Shown: positions 15,191 to 24,792 of the stretch, one piece after another | Layout: each line of letters begins with the position of its first letter | How positions within the stretch are numbered: position 1 is the stretch's first letter | Virus record (IMG/VR): IMGVR_UViG_3300017991_000291 | Location: 1 to 31,867 of that record | Reading direction: 5' to 3' (one strand) | Length of the DNA stretch: 31,867 bases | From: a virus | Lineage: Duplodnaviria > Caudoviricetes | Made by a program: the position numbers and the translations under genes | Notes under the pieces: generated by a model | Database searches by the model: none | Told to the model about the DNA's origin: nothing | The model's input: only the letters and a program-made list of their open reading frames with translations

Positions 15191-15424
15191 TTACTTGAAT
15201 GTGTTGATCTTACTTCCGATGTTGCTTTTCTTGATCTGCTTTAGCAAATCTCTGAAACCGTCAGCCGGTTTTGTACGACCGAGTTTTACACTATCAGCAT
15301 CAGCGGGGAAACCATCGATCAACTGTTCCACATCTGGATTTTCAGCGAGGAAGTTGGTTCTCTCTGAGATAGTCATAAACTCACGCCACGTTCGCTCGCC
15401 TTTGCGAAACTTGTAATATGGCAT
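15191..15424 (-). CDS. FmdB-like small protein of T4-like phages (no Cys knuckles)
   Basis: MPxYxF..MTISE..NP..KP.DGFRDLL. Confidence 0.65.
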   Translation of the reverse strand: MPYYKFRKGERTWREFMTISERTNFLAENPDVEQLIDGFPADADSVKLGRTKPADGFRDLLKQIKKSNIGSKINTFK

Positions 15425-15591
15425 TAACGCATATCCTGTTCTTCACTCAATTCGTCGATATTTCGATGTCGCAAAGCACGTCGAATTTGCTTTTCTTTGC
15501 GCCGCATCATATCACGTTTGATTGCCTGCTTGTTGCGCTTCAACTCGCTATCGTCATCATAATAGCGATCATACTTTCGTGTCTTTCCCAT
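15424..15591 (-). CDS. Small charged protein, 55 aa (MGKTRKYDRYYDDD...)
   Basis: Manual translation; TAATG overlaps at both ends. Confidence 0.65.
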   Translation of the reverse strand: MGKTRKYDRYYDDDSELKRNKQAIKRDMMRRKEKQIRRALRHRNIDELSEEQDMR

Positions 15592-16022
15592 TAGTTCAGT
15601 TCACCCCATGCTTCTTCGATAAGTTTCTGTGTTACGCCTCGATATGGAATCTGCTTGTCTTTCAGTGCAAGCAACAACTTTGCATCCTCTGGATCAACAG
15701 ATTCCAATAAGTCTACGAACATGCTTTCTAACCTGATGCCATTTATGTTCTGTCCTTTACCTCCTTGCACAAAATAATATAACTTTCCCAAACGACATTC
15801 ACGATGCAAGTTCGTTTTTGCATCTTGACTTTCCAGCGGCTTGTAAGGTGGCGAACCGCTCGGAAGCAACCATTTAACGCGTGGATCATATGCAAATGCC
15901 AGTGCCTCGTGCATATGTTTGCTGTAATGCTTTTTCAAAAAAGCTACCTTATCTTTTCGGGCAGATAACTTTTCCGTCTCAGCCAAAATTTCGTGCATGC
16001 TTAGTTGTTTTTCGGGTTCCAT
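15591..16022 (-). CDS. Conserved T4-like hypothetical protein (DUF6433-like)
   Basis: W.LP.G.PPYKP..RE..LYYF..E.MF..LLE; follows rnh; GGAG RBS. Confidence 0.7.
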   Translation of the reverse strand: MEPEKQLSMHEILAETEKLSARKDKVAFLKKHYSKHMHEALAFAYDPRVKWLLPSGSPPYKPLESQDAKTNLHRECRLGKLYYFVQGGKGQNINGIRLESMFVDLLESVDPEDAKLLLALKDKQIPYRGVTQKLIEEAWGELN

Positions 16023-16032
16023 GGTATCTCCA

Positions 16033-16890
16033 TTAAAAATCATTCAGGTTTTCGAGCAGATTGCTCAGGTTGTGCTTCTTCATGTATTCTATCAAATTTG
16101 ATCTATCGGGCACTTTTGGTCCTTGACGCAACGCTTCAAGTATTTGCTCACGTAGATGCTCAGGCGTCATGGTAAGATCAATCAGCGTCTTATTGCGTAC
16201 CCAATTCTGATAATACTTATGGTTTTCGTCGTTTTGAATATCCTTCAATGCTTCGAGCCGCTTTTTGGTCATTGGAACTTGTCGCTTTCCATCAACCATA
16301 AACGTATCACCATCAGACAAAATATTTGGTATATCGTCATCAGCATCACCGCGCAAAATGTGCTCTCGAAGAAATTCAGCGGGATCGCAATCGGGACGCA
16401 ACATGCGCTTTTTGACAGGATCATATTGCTGAACAAAAGAAAAACGCTGTAGCTGCTTGAAGTCCTTGTCGCCTGACACAATCACAACACCATCTTTTGA
16501 TGTTGATGGATCGAATTCAGAACAAAGCACGCCTATGATATCATCCGCCTCACACCCATCAATCTGAATGTAAGTATACGGAAAATTGTCACGAATTTCT
16601 GCTCGAATGCGATCCATGCTTTGATATATCGCATTCCAATCAACATCAGATTGGCTGCGATTATTCGCACGTCGCGCCTTATAGAACGGAAAATAATCCT
16701 TGCGCCAGTTATGCACACTATCGGAGCAGATAACGAAATTCGTATCGTCTCGAAATTTTGTGCGAATGTTGCGCAACATGTTTAGTGTCATGTGTCGAAC
16801 CATAGGTTCTTCGATTGCAAGATTTGTGTGCGATTTCACTGCACTGAAAAATGTTGCAAACAACACTTGATTGAAATCAACAAGTATCAT
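16033..16890 (-). CDS. rnh: T4-type RNase H (5'-3' exonuclease)
   Basis: MILVDFNQ, WRKDYFPFYKA.R, EADDII, SGDKDFKQL, GDADDDIPN. Confidence 0.93.
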   Translation of the reverse strand: MILVDFNQVLFATFFSAVKSHTNLAIEEPMVRHMTLNMLRNIRTKFRDDTNFVICSDSVHNWRKDYFPFYKARRANNRSQSDVDWNAIYQSMDRIRAEIRDNFPYTYIQIDGCEADDIIGVLCSEFDPSTSKDGVVIVSGDKDFKQLQRFSFVQQYDPVKKRMLRPDCDPAEFLREHILRGDADDDIPNILSDGDTFMVDGKRQVPMTKKRLEALKDIQNDENHKYYQNWVRNKTLIDLTMTPEHLREQILEALRQGPKVPDRSNLIEYMKKHNLSNLLENLNDF

Positions 16891-17305
16891 CGGGTATTTC
16901 TTTCTTGTCTGAACGCAAAAAGCTCATTGATGGCGGGTGAAAACGATAAACCATTTTCTCATCTTCATCCGAAACCAAACTGATGGTGGCGGCAGCAATT
17001 TGCTGCAAGGGGTGTTCACGCTCATAGTGAGCAGATATGTATGAAATGATGGCCTCTGCCGCAAAGGAAAAATCCTCTGGCGTGTCATTTGGCTCCATTC
17101 CAAGTTCGGCAAGGCGTGTACCAATTTCTGATATCAGAACCATTGCCAGCGTCTGAATTTGGCTATCTTCACGAATTTTGTTGATCGCTTCGATATCCCT
17201 TATCGACTGATCTTCCTCTTCGCTGTCTTCGTGCGCGTCGAACAGTTCTATTGCGCTCGGTTCGTTTGGAAACAGCTTATAGATGTTGTCTTTTTTATCG
17301 GTCAT
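16877..17305 (-). CDS. Acidic hypothetical protein, 142 aa
   Basis: AAGGAAG RBS; packed in the operon. Confidence 0.65.
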   Translation of the reverse strand: MTDKKDNIYKLFPNEPSAIELFDAHEDSEEEDQSIRDIEAINKIREDSQIQTLAMVLISEIGTRLAELGMEPNDTPEDFSFAAEAIISYISAHYEREHPLQQIAAATISLVSDEDEKMVYRFHPPSMSFLRSDKKEIPDDTC

Positions 17306-17314
17306 ATCACTTCC

Positions 17315-18346
17315 TTACTTGAAGGTTCTCAGTATCAAAGTATCCACATTCATGCGCCCATTTGGAGGCGTGCGTTTTGCATTGATTTGTTTTATACGCT
17401 GTTCCACCTTTCTCTTACCATCTGTCATAACACAGGGCACAATATCATCGGGCTTTCGCAGTGTCAAGTGGTATGACAGTTCTGGATTAAAATTGATGAT
17501 CGTAGTTCTGTTGACTGACAAAGTTGTTTCATCAGCAGCGACGTATTTAGTGAGCTTTCGTGTCTTCACATTAAACGTCCAGAGAATTTTTGCTGATACA
17601 ATAGAAGCCGGGTCGATGCTCGAATACGTGCCATGGTCCTTTAGATAATTCATTTTACTGACAATTTTATCTGCGCTGACTGGTTTCTTCTCACGCGGTT
17701 TTGTCTGCCGTCTTTTGGTAACAGTTTCTCCAAGTGTAAGTTGAGAAACTATGGCCTCGACCAATTCTATATATCGCTTGAGTTGCGCCTTTTTCAGATG
17801 CTCATATCCTTCACCATCGCGCAATTCATCGAGCAATCCAGCGTACAATTTTCGAGCAGCATTGATATCAGCGACTTTTGTTTCCGACGAAAGAGACAAA
17901 TCAATTTCTGGCAAAGTTTTGTAGCCGGAGCGATAGAAAGCATCTAAGTGATCATCGATTTCACACACCACCATGTTAAGTTGTCGTCTTGGCGTCTTTG
18001 CAACTTTAGGTTGTATCTCTTTTTTTGCGTCTTGAACAACATTTTCGATATTTTGCACAAGCATGTTTCTCAAATCATCATCGTGCAAACCACGCGTCAA
18101 CATTCTGGCAATAGATGCCATTGTTTGTGTTATTGATGCATGATTGGATGCGTTGTATGCAGTGATGGTTTCTGCATCATACTCATTTTTCTGCATCCAT
18201 TGAATGATCCACTTCTTTGTATCACGCACAGCATACAGATACGCATAGTAATTCAGCGCATTGATTATTTGGTATCGCTTGGCGATGCCGTCAAAAGACG
18301 GTTCTTCGCCAAGCATGCTTTTTTCTATGGTTGCCTTTCTGGCCAT
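17315..18346 (-). CDS. Conserved T4-like hypothetical protein (start revised to MARKAT)
   Basis: ALNYY..SIDP..IV.A..LWTFNVKTRKL..TLRKP..PNGRMN; TAATG overlap with the upstream gene. Confidence 0.75.
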   Translation of the reverse strand: MARKATIEKSMLGEEPSFDGIAKRYQIINALNYYAYLYAVRDTKKWIIQWMQKNEYDAETITAYNASNHASITQTMASIARMLTRGLHDDDLRNMLVQNIENVVQDAKKEIQPKVAKTPRRQLNMVVCEIDDHLDAFYRSGYKTLPEIDLSLSSETKVADINAARKLYAGLLDELRDGEGYEHLKKAQLKRYIELVEAIVSQLTLGETVTKRRQTKPREKKPVSADKIVSKMNYLKDHGTYSSIDPASIVSAKILWTFNVKTRKLTKYVAADETTLSVNRTTIINFNPELSYHLTLRKPDDIVPCVMTDGKRKVEQRIKQINAKRTPPNGRMNVDTLILRTFK

Positions 18347-19377
18347 TAATAATCCACCTGATAGCTGAATGTGCTTTCTGGTTTTTTGTGTTCGATCTCT
18401 TTTGGCGGATTGGAAGCAATAATGTTTTGCAAAAACCCTTCCCATTCTTTCGCACGAACATCCCAGGAATAATTGACATTTGCATATATCTGCTGACCAA
18501 TCAATTTGGAAATCAACGCAGGATCATTCTCTCGAATGAGATCAATAGAATTCATCATTACTTGATGAATGAGACCAGCGTGCGTTTGTTGATCTTCTGA
18601 ATAATGATACATGAACGTGAATTGTCCAGATGTTTCAAACAAAGCACCGTAATTCGGATGCAAACACATCAAACCAGATGCCATCGACTCGATCAATGAT
18701 CGGCATGATGTTTCTGGCCAAATATTAGGATATGCAAATATGTGTGCCGTCTCTGCAAGAAACTGTCTCACTTCATTGTTTGGAACTGTGCCATGGTATG
18801 TCATGGAATCATGCGCTTCGATGCGATCAAAGAGTTCCTTAAAGCGTTCATCCTGCTGCTTCCAGCCATAAATCTGAAACGACGAGAAAACGTCAAGATG
18901 CAGGTTTTTGTACTGACTCACCAAGTGCTCAAATGCCGGAACCAGCAAATGCAATCCTCGGTGTGGTGTCGTGTGATACACTAGACGAATTTCCTTCTCT
19001 GGATCGGAGAAGTCCCACTTTTTTTCCATATCAACTTCGATAGGATCGATTGCATTTCGCAAAACCATGCACCGGCCCCACGGTATGTTGTATCGCTCGA
19101 TAAACCGCTGACACTGCCACACAGACACAAAGACGAACTGGTGAAATCTAGACCAGCCGCCATCTTTCAGAAAATTTGCAACCTGCGGGTCTTCTGGCAA
19201 ATCATGGCACCACAGAATTCGAAATTTGGTTTCATCCAATTCATGCAACTCTGGTCGCGAAAGTATGATCTGAAAATTATCCAGAAGCTTTTCATCGACG
19301 CGTCGGTGCAATTCAGTCATCATCAATTCAGAACCAGACATTGCATTCTGGTTTAACTCATTTCGCCACTTTTCCAT
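18346..19377 (-). CDS. GT-B fold glycosyltransferase (GT4-like)
   Basis: GSE, LWCHD, FVS.WQ, TTPHRGL, YPNIWPETSC..IESMASG, GAL.E, YSWD. Confidence 0.88.
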   Translation of the reverse strand: MEKWRNELNQNAMSGSELMMTELHRRVDEKLLDNFQIILSRPELHELDETKFRILWCHDLPEDPQVANFLKDGGWSRFHQFVFVSVWQCQRFIERYNIPWGRCMVLRNAIDPIEVDMEKKWDFSDPEKEIRLVYHTTPHRGLHLLVPAFEHLVSQYKNLHLDVFSSFQIYGWKQQDERFKELFDRIEAHDSMTYHGTVPNNEVRQFLAETAHIFAYPNIWPETSCRSLIESMASGLMCLHPNYGALFETSGQFTFMYHYSEDQQTHAGLIHQVMMNSIDLIRENDPALISKLIGQQIYANVNYSWDVRAKEWEGFLQNIIASNPPKEIEHKKPESTFSYQVDY

Positions 19378-19613
19378 TATTGATCTCCCATCGACGGAAA
19401 CATGTAATCCAACAAATCAAGATAGCCACCAATGCACTCGCCTTCGACAAGCACAATTGGCAGCACCTTACAATCGGGATACTTTTCTAGAACATCTTCG
19501 CGAGTGATGTCCAGACCTATATGCCGCTCTTCAAATTCTTTGTCATTATCTTTGAGCAGTTTTTTCGCTTGATCGCAATACGAACAGCCTTCACGAGTAA
19601 TCAGTGTAATCAT
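19377..19613 (-). CDS. Glutaredoxin
   Basis: CSYC, LP and IGGY motifs. Confidence 0.9.
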   Translation of the reverse strand: MITLITREGCSYCDQAKKLLKDNDKEFEERHIGLDITREDVLEKYPDCKVLPIVLVEGECIGGYLDLLDYMFPSMGDQ

Positions 19614-19628
19614 GCAAAACTCCTTATT

Positions 19629-19826
19629 TCATGCCACTCCTTCATTATATATGAACAACAACACCAACGATACAAAAAACCAGATTATGAAAATGACTAG
19701 AAGTATGTCTGTCAAAGATAGTTTTTTTAAGGCTTGAACCGTATCACTGATTATGAGAAACCCAATTAGCGCAGACACGACAATGATTGGTGTGTGGAGA
19801 AACGCATTCCACAGAAAATCTTTCAT
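19629..19826 (-). CDS. Small two-helix membrane protein (MKDFLWNAF...)
   Basis: ATGA overlap; paralog of the adjacent gene. Confidence 0.65.
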   Translation of the reverse strand: MKDFLWNAFLHTPIIVVSALIGFLIISDTVQALKKLSLTDILLVIFIIWFFVSLVLLFIYNEGVA

Positions 19827-20026
19827 TGACGCGAATCCTTTCCATAAAACAGAGCCAGCAATGCTGCAACAAACCACACTCCAAAAACACATGCTGCTGC
19901 AACCATCACAGGATGTTCACTTGCCTCTATCATGCCAACCAAAGCATGGCCAACAAATGTTATGACCAGCAGAATGAAAATGAAGATGGGTGTGTACACA
20001 AATGCGTTCCACAGAAATTTTTTCAT
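19823..20026 (-). CDS. Small two-helix membrane protein (MKKFLWNAF...)
   Basis: ATGA overlap; paralog of the adjacent gene. Confidence 0.65.
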   Translation of the reverse strand: MKKFLWNAFVYTPIFIFILLVITFVGHALVGMIEASEHPVMVAAACVFGVWFVAALLALFYGKDSRQ

Positions 20027-20352
20027 TCCCCATCTCCAGCTTCTGTTGGCTGCTCCGACAATGAATTTTCCAACCGAAGTTTTTCTTCCTCTCGAATAAC
20101 AGCAAGCTGCTTTGGTGTCAATGTCCCAACGTCAATGAGACCAACACCATATTCTGACTTCGTTCTGTTTTGTATCAGAATAGCATCATACAGAGCATCC
20201 CGCATATCAATGTATACTCGATCATTGGAAGCAGCAATGATCTGTGCTTCTGTGCTGTCAATCGAGCATTCAGAAACCCGAAAAGAATTCGGATGTGCTA
20301 TGTTGTATGGATCGAAATATTGGATCACGAAAACTCGTCTGTTATCGCTCAT
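20023..20352 (-). CDS. Hypothetical protein, 109 aa
   Basis: GAGGA RBS; ATGA overlaps. Confidence 0.6.
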   Translation of the reverse strand: MSDNRRVFVIQYFDPYNIAHPNSFRVSECSIDSTEAQIIAASNDRVYIDMRDALYDAILIQNRTKSEYGVGLIDVGTLTPKQLAVIREEEKLRLENSLSEQPTEAGDGE

Positions 20353-20534
20353 TGTGTGTATCCTCTTACAAAGTCGGCTTCCATTTGTTCATCAGCCAAA
20401 TAGTGAATTGGCTCTCCTACATATGCATGTGCCTTCGTGTATATTTTGAAAAACACAGCCCAAGAAACACTCCACTTGATGTCTTCTTGTGCTTCAAGGC
20501 GTTGCATTATTTCGCGATGTATTTTGTCCTTCAT
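20349..20534 (-). CDS. Hypothetical protein, 61 aa
   Basis: Packed in the operon. Confidence 0.55.
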   Translation of the reverse strand: MKDKIHREIMQRLEAQEDIKWSVSWAVFFKIYTKAHAYVGEPIHYLADEQMEADFVRGYTQ

Positions 20535-20535
20535 C

Positions 20536-20952
20536 TCATTCTCGATTTCTCTGCATCCAAACAGTCACAACATCCATTAGCTGCTTGTGCGTGTCATCAA
20601 ACCATGCACTAACATGATAGTTATACTTGGTCGGTTCTGTGTAAAAGGGCAGATCATCGCCCTTCAAAGTGTCCATCCAAACAACAAAGTCAGGATCGAT
20701 TCTGTCTCTCTCGAATTGATATTCACAAACGCAGTCGATGACTGCAATTTTTCCTGCTCTTACTATGCCATCTGAAAGCAGAAGCATTTTGTATCCTATG
20801 CCACAAGAGACAAAATCGTGACAACCAGAATACTTCTGGTAGTGCTCATTGACTTCTTCTTCGCCAAGATACACACCACCAATCAACTCTGAAAACGGTT
20901 TTGCCAGAACCGTTTTTCCTGAGTTTGGTCTTCCGCAAATCAGAATTTTCAT
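20536..20952 (-). CDS. P-loop kinase, APS-kinase-like phage family
   Basis: MKILICGRPNSGKT..DFVVWMDT. Confidence 0.7.
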   Translation of the reverse strand: MKILICGRPNSGKTVLAKPFSELIGGVYLGEEEVNEHYQKYSGCHDFVSCGIGYKMLLLSDGIVRAGKIAVIDCVCEYQFERDRIDPDFVVWMDTLKGDDLPFYTEPTKYNYHVSAWFDDTHKQLMDVVTVWMQRNRE

Positions 20953-21173
20953 GCACCAACCTCGTCATCGTCCAACTCAAATTGAGTTTGTCGATTGGCC
21001 GCAGCCATGCCCGACTGCATGAGAGCCTTCAACTCAATGATGTGCGCTTGCTGAAACAGATACATAGCAAGCTGTCGCTCAGTAAGTTTCGATTTGGTTG
21101 CTTGTGCAGTCGGATCGTGTTTCATGACACTGATCATCAGACTTGCCGTGACTTGATCGTATTCGGCTGACAT
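20949..21173 (-). CDS. Hypothetical protein, 74 aa
   Basis: GGAG RBS; first gene after a promoter. Confidence 0.6.
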   Translation of the reverse strand: MSAEYDQVTASLMISVMKHDPTAQATKSKLTERQLAMYLFQQAHIIELKALMQSGMAAANRQTQFELDDDEVGA

Positions 21174-21210
21174 TGCTATTTCTCCACATAGTGTGTCCTA
21201 TCGATGCTGC

Positions 21211-21239
21211 AATCTTGCACACATACATACTCGTGTCAA
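21211..21239 (-). promoter_or_regulatory. Probable early promoter
   Basis: TTGACA (21239-21234), 17 nt ending TGTGC, AAGATT. Confidence 0.55.
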
Positions 21240-21259
21240 GAGGTAATTTGAGGATCAAC

Positions 21260-21646
21260 ATGTGGACATATCAAGAGAAGCCGTTCATCGAAGACATGGC
21301 AGAGGGATTTGTTGGGTTTGTGTACTTGATCACCAACAAGACAAATGGAAAAAAATACATCGGTAAGAAGCTATTCAGCAAAGCAAAAACTTACCAGAAG
21401 AATAATCGCAAACGAAGAACACGCGTGAAGTCTGATTGGGAAATTTATACTGGCTCGAACGCATTACTCAATGAAGACATTAAACAGGGTGATGAAATCG
21501 AGAAGGAAATTCTGCATCTCTGCAAGAGTAAAGGTTGGGCATCGTATTACGAAACGCTCGAAATTCTACAGAGAAATGCATTGCAAGACGATAAATATTA
21601 CAACCAATGGGTTTCCTGCAAAATTCAGGCGAGACATCTAACATAG
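21260..21646 (+). CDS. GIY-YIG family nuclease (start revised to MWTYQ)
   Basis: GFVYLITN..KKYIGKK..SDW..Y.GS; GAGGA RBS. Confidence 0.85.
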   Translation: MWTYQEKPFIEDMAEGFVGFVYLITNKTNGKKYIGKKLFSKAKTYQKNNRKRRTRVKSDWEIYTGSNALLNEDIKQGDEIEKEILHLCKSKGWASYYETLEILQRNALQDDKYYNQWVSCKIQARHLT

Positions 21647-21658
21647 AAAGGTTATGAA

Positions 21659-22312
21659 ATGATCAATGAAGAAAACATGTATGAAGAACGCATCGCAGAA
21701 TTGAAAGGTTCCAATGGCGATAAATGGTGTTGGTTGCGACAGGATACTGGTGCTTGGGAAGGTCCGTTGAAAGATTGGAATACATCTCACTATGAAAAAT
21801 ACGTAGAACCAATCGAGCAGAAAAATGTTGTTGTTACTGCTGGTGGAAACATGGGTTTGTATACCAGAGCATATTCAACCCTCTTCAAAAGAGTGTATGT
21901 ATTCGAACCAGACCATATCAATTTTCATGCGTTGGTTCGCAACAATTTAGCACACAACGTTTTCTTTTTTCGGGCTGCTCTTGGTGCCACTTCTGGATGG
22001 TGTACTATCGATCCAAGCAATGACATAGAAAACGCTGGCATGCACAAAGTCACCGAAAGACATGGTGGCATCATACCAGTAATGACCATCGATTCTCTCA
22101 ATCTTCCTGAATGCAATCTCATTCAGCTTGATACCGAAGGCTACGAGCCACAGATCATTTCCGGTGCTCTAAATACTATTGAAGAGCATTCACCAGTTGT
22201 TGTTACAGAAGGAAACAACGCTGATATTACCAAAATGCTTGGTTCTATGGGATATCAAATGACTGGTGCCTCAAAAGCAGATTTCATTTACAGGAGAGTA
22301 CAGAATGCCTGA
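21659..22312 (+). CDS. FkbM-family SAM-dependent methyltransferase
   Basis: AGGNMG, VYVFEP, AALG, TIDSL, IQLDTEGYE..GA..TI. Confidence 0.88.
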   Translation: MINEENMYEERIAELKGSNGDKWCWLRQDTGAWEGPLKDWNTSHYEKYVEPIEQKNVVVTAGGNMGLYTRAYSTLFKRVYVFEPDHINFHALVRNNLAHNVFFFRAALGATSGWCTIDPSNDIENAGMHKVTERHGGIIPVMTIDSLNLPECNLIQLDTEGYEPQIISGALNTIEEHSPVVVTEGNNADITKMLGSMGYQMTGASKADFIYRRVQNA

Positions 22313-22475
22313 TGACAACAATGGTTGGGTTTGCCCGGTTTGCCACAAAGTTTTTGCACCAACAGTTAAGATGTGCAAGAAGTGTTCCAAACAACTCAAA
22401 GAGAGTGAACAACTTCTCGAAGAATAACGCAAAGTAAGGTGGCGTTAACTCTATTGCTAACGCCACCTTCATCAT
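22284..22475 (-). CDS. Hypothetical protein, 63 aa
   Basis: TAATG overlap upstream; convergent overlap with the methyltransferase. Confidence 0.35.
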   Translation of the reverse strand: MMKVALAIELTPPYFALFFEKLFTLFELFGTLLAHLNCWCKNFVANRANPTIVVIRHSVLSCK

Positions 22476-22684
22476 TATTCGTCTTCTTCAAAAGCATCCG
22501 ATTCTTCATTGAGCAAATCATACGCTTCATCATATGCATCAGATTCTTCACGCAACGATTCAGCAAAATCCAAATCGTACCACTGAATATGTGGAATCAT
22601 TTCATGATAAATTGTTACGCGCGTATATCTCGAACTGACGTGCTCTTCGATTGATTTCAAGAATTCTAGAACAACTTCTTGCAT
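22475..22684 (-). CDS. Acidic hypothetical protein, 69 aa
   Basis: AGGAGG RBS after nrdJ. Confidence 0.65.
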   Translation of the reverse strand: MQEVVLEFLKSIEEHVSSRYTRVTIYHEMIPHIQWYDLDFAESLREESDAYDEAYDLLNEESDAFEEDE

Positions 22685-22693
22685 GTATCCCTC

Positions 22694-24583
22694 CTATATT
22701 TCACACTGACCAGCAGAACAAGCCAGTGCCTGCAACCCTTCTACCATATCAAGCTCTTCGTGGAATTCGCCCCAATTAATTTCTGTTGGGAAATCCTTGA
22801 CCAACTCTTCATACTTATCCTTGGTAATGGTTTCATATGGTGCTTGTCGATAACTGCCGCCGTCATATGGCAAGAATGAGATACCAGAAACTTCGTCGAA
22901 ATTTTTGTAAACCCACGCCCCAACTTCCATCCATTCATGTTCTTTCACAGAGATTGTAACAGATGGATTGTGCTCACACCAATTCTGTTTATACATCAGC
23001 CACATTTCCAGGTGCTGAATTGCACTGATATCATTTCTGCAAATGGCATCCTTTGGCGCTTTTTTGGGAAATGAGAAAACAACAGTGCTGGTTGGCTTCG
23101 TAACATCAGGCTCATTGGGAATTTTTTGTGTTATCATGAATTGAGTAAGTGGGTCTTTGATATCGCCGCGAACTCGACGAATATAGTACGGATCATGACG
23201 CTGATGAATTCCTGACGAGCTATCTGTAAGTTGACTGACAGTTCCAGAGGGTTTCACTGTTGTGATGGCAGCAGATTGAGCAATTCCCATAGCACTTGCG
23301 TATTTTTTGTTTACCTCAATTGTATATTGTCGCAATGCAGACAACCGCTTTTTGACATCATCGGTTGGTTTGTTCAACAATGGACAATCCATGATTCCAG
23401 TCATTGAAACACCAAGCAGCCGCTCTTCCTCAGCGTTTTTCTGCCAAATCTTCCTGAGATATGGAAAATGCGTAAACGACGCTTGAACAGTTCCTATTAT
23501 TGTTGCCAGTCGAATTTTACGTTTCAGTGTTTCATCAATATCATCAGCACGAGCAACAATCTCAGTCAGATTGCAAAAGCTATTTGAACGAAGCAAAATT
23601 TCTCCACATGGATTAACACCCTGAATCAGACTTCCGTCTCGCCTTCCATTTCGATTGGCTTGTTTTATTGCTGCCTCTCGATTGAATATTCCTCGTTCGC
23701 CACTTTTGGATTCATATAACGCCAACCATTCCTGCATGAACATTCCAATATCTGGTTTTTCGTTATACACAGCACTGTTGTTTGCCAATGCTCGCTGCAC
23801 ATCATGTTCCCACCATGCTCCTGATTTAGCATGTCGCATACGATCATCTGATAGGTTTGACAGAGAAATCAAAGCTGATCTTCGCACGCCACCAACAACA
23901 ACAACTTCACCAACCTTGCACATAATATCGTGGCACTCAATTGAAGTTAGTTTGCGACCACGCGCATTCCGAAACGTTGCAATAGTGAAATTGAATAGGT
24001 CTTCAAGAGGCTCTGGTCCAGAAGCTCGACCACCAAACGTTTTGAGCGGCGTACCAGCAACACGCACCTTTGAAAAATCTCGATTTGGAATTTCACCAGC
24101 ATAGAGCATTGAGATGAGAACTCGAAAAGCCTTTGCCCAACCTTCCTTGGAATCCTTTACGATAATTGTACTATCGCTATCGAACATTTTTTCTGGGACT
24201 TCTGGCAGTTTGTTGATGTATTGACGCTCTACTGAAAAACCAACACCAGTTCCACACATCAAAACAAACATAGCCTCATCGAAGGCTTTGGGATCGTCAA
24301 CAGCAATGAATGAGCAATTATAGAGACAAGTATTATCACGAGCCAATGCAGGACCAGCAGTCATCATTCCACGCATGGATGGCATTATTTCATGAGCCAC
24401 AATCGCGTTACGTATTTCCTCCCATTCTTTTGGCTTGATTGCCGCATTATGTTTTTCATCAACATGAGACTTCATGAAATTGATATATCGATCAACCGTT
24501 TCTTCCCAATGTTCTCGACGCGATTTCTCTGGCAAAAATCTAGCATAGCGGCTTTTATGAATAAAGGATTCGTATAGTTTCAT
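22694..24583 (-). CDS. nrdJ: Class II (B12-dependent) ribonucleotide reductase
   Basis: YNC, GTGVGFSVE, VVVGGVRRSA, NPCGEI, TTVKPSGT, C-terminal CSAGQC. Confidence 0.95.
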   Translation of the reverse strand: MKLYESFIHKSRYARFLPEKSRREHWEETVDRYINFMKSHVDEKHNAAIKPKEWEEIRNAIVAHEIMPSMRGMMTAGPALARDNTCLYNCSFIAVDDPKAFDEAMFVLMCGTGVGFSVERQYINKLPEVPEKMFDSDSTIIVKDSKEGWAKAFRVLISMLYAGEIPNRDFSKVRVAGTPLKTFGGRASGPEPLEDLFNFTIATFRNARGRKLTSIECHDIMCKVGEVVVVGGVRRSALISLSNLSDDRMRHAKSGAWWEHDVQRALANNSAVYNEKPDIGMFMQEWLALYESKSGERGIFNREAAIKQANRNGRRDGSLIQGVNPCGEILLRSNSFCNLTEIVARADDIDETLKRKIRLATIIGTVQASFTHFPYLRKIWQKNAEEERLLGVSMTGIMDCPLLNKPTDDVKKRLSALRQYTIEVNKKYASAMGIAQSAAITTVKPSGTVSQLTDSSSGIHQRHDPYYIRRVRGDIKDPLTQFMITQKIPNEPDVTKPTSTVVFSFPKKAPKDAICRNDISAIQHLEMWLMYKQNWCEHNPSVTISVKEHEWMEVGAWVYKNFDEVSGISFLPYDGGSYRQAPYETITKDKYEELVKDFPTEINWGEFHEELDMVEGLQALACSAGQCEI

Positions 24584-24603
24584 GTGGTGGCACTCCGTGG
24601 AAC

Positions 24604-24792
24604 TTAAGTTTGTGGCTCTAGGGTTTTTATCGCTGAAACAAAATCAGCTTTTAGTTTCTTGACACGTAATAATAGTCGTTTTGCCTCCTGTATTTGTGTT
24701 TCTGATTGTTGAATTTCTTTCTCTATACGATCAATCTGAAGTTGATAGCCGTCTCGTTTTTCTTTGAGAGCATCAAGCACACTATTGTCCAT
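24604..24792 (-). CDS. Small coiled-coil protein (MDNSVLDALKEK...)
   Basis: TGATG overlap with the thyX stop. Confidence 0.6.
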   Translation of the reverse strand: MDNSVLDALKEKRDGYQLQIDRIEKEIQQSETQIQEAKRLLLRVKKLKADFVSAIKTLEPQT

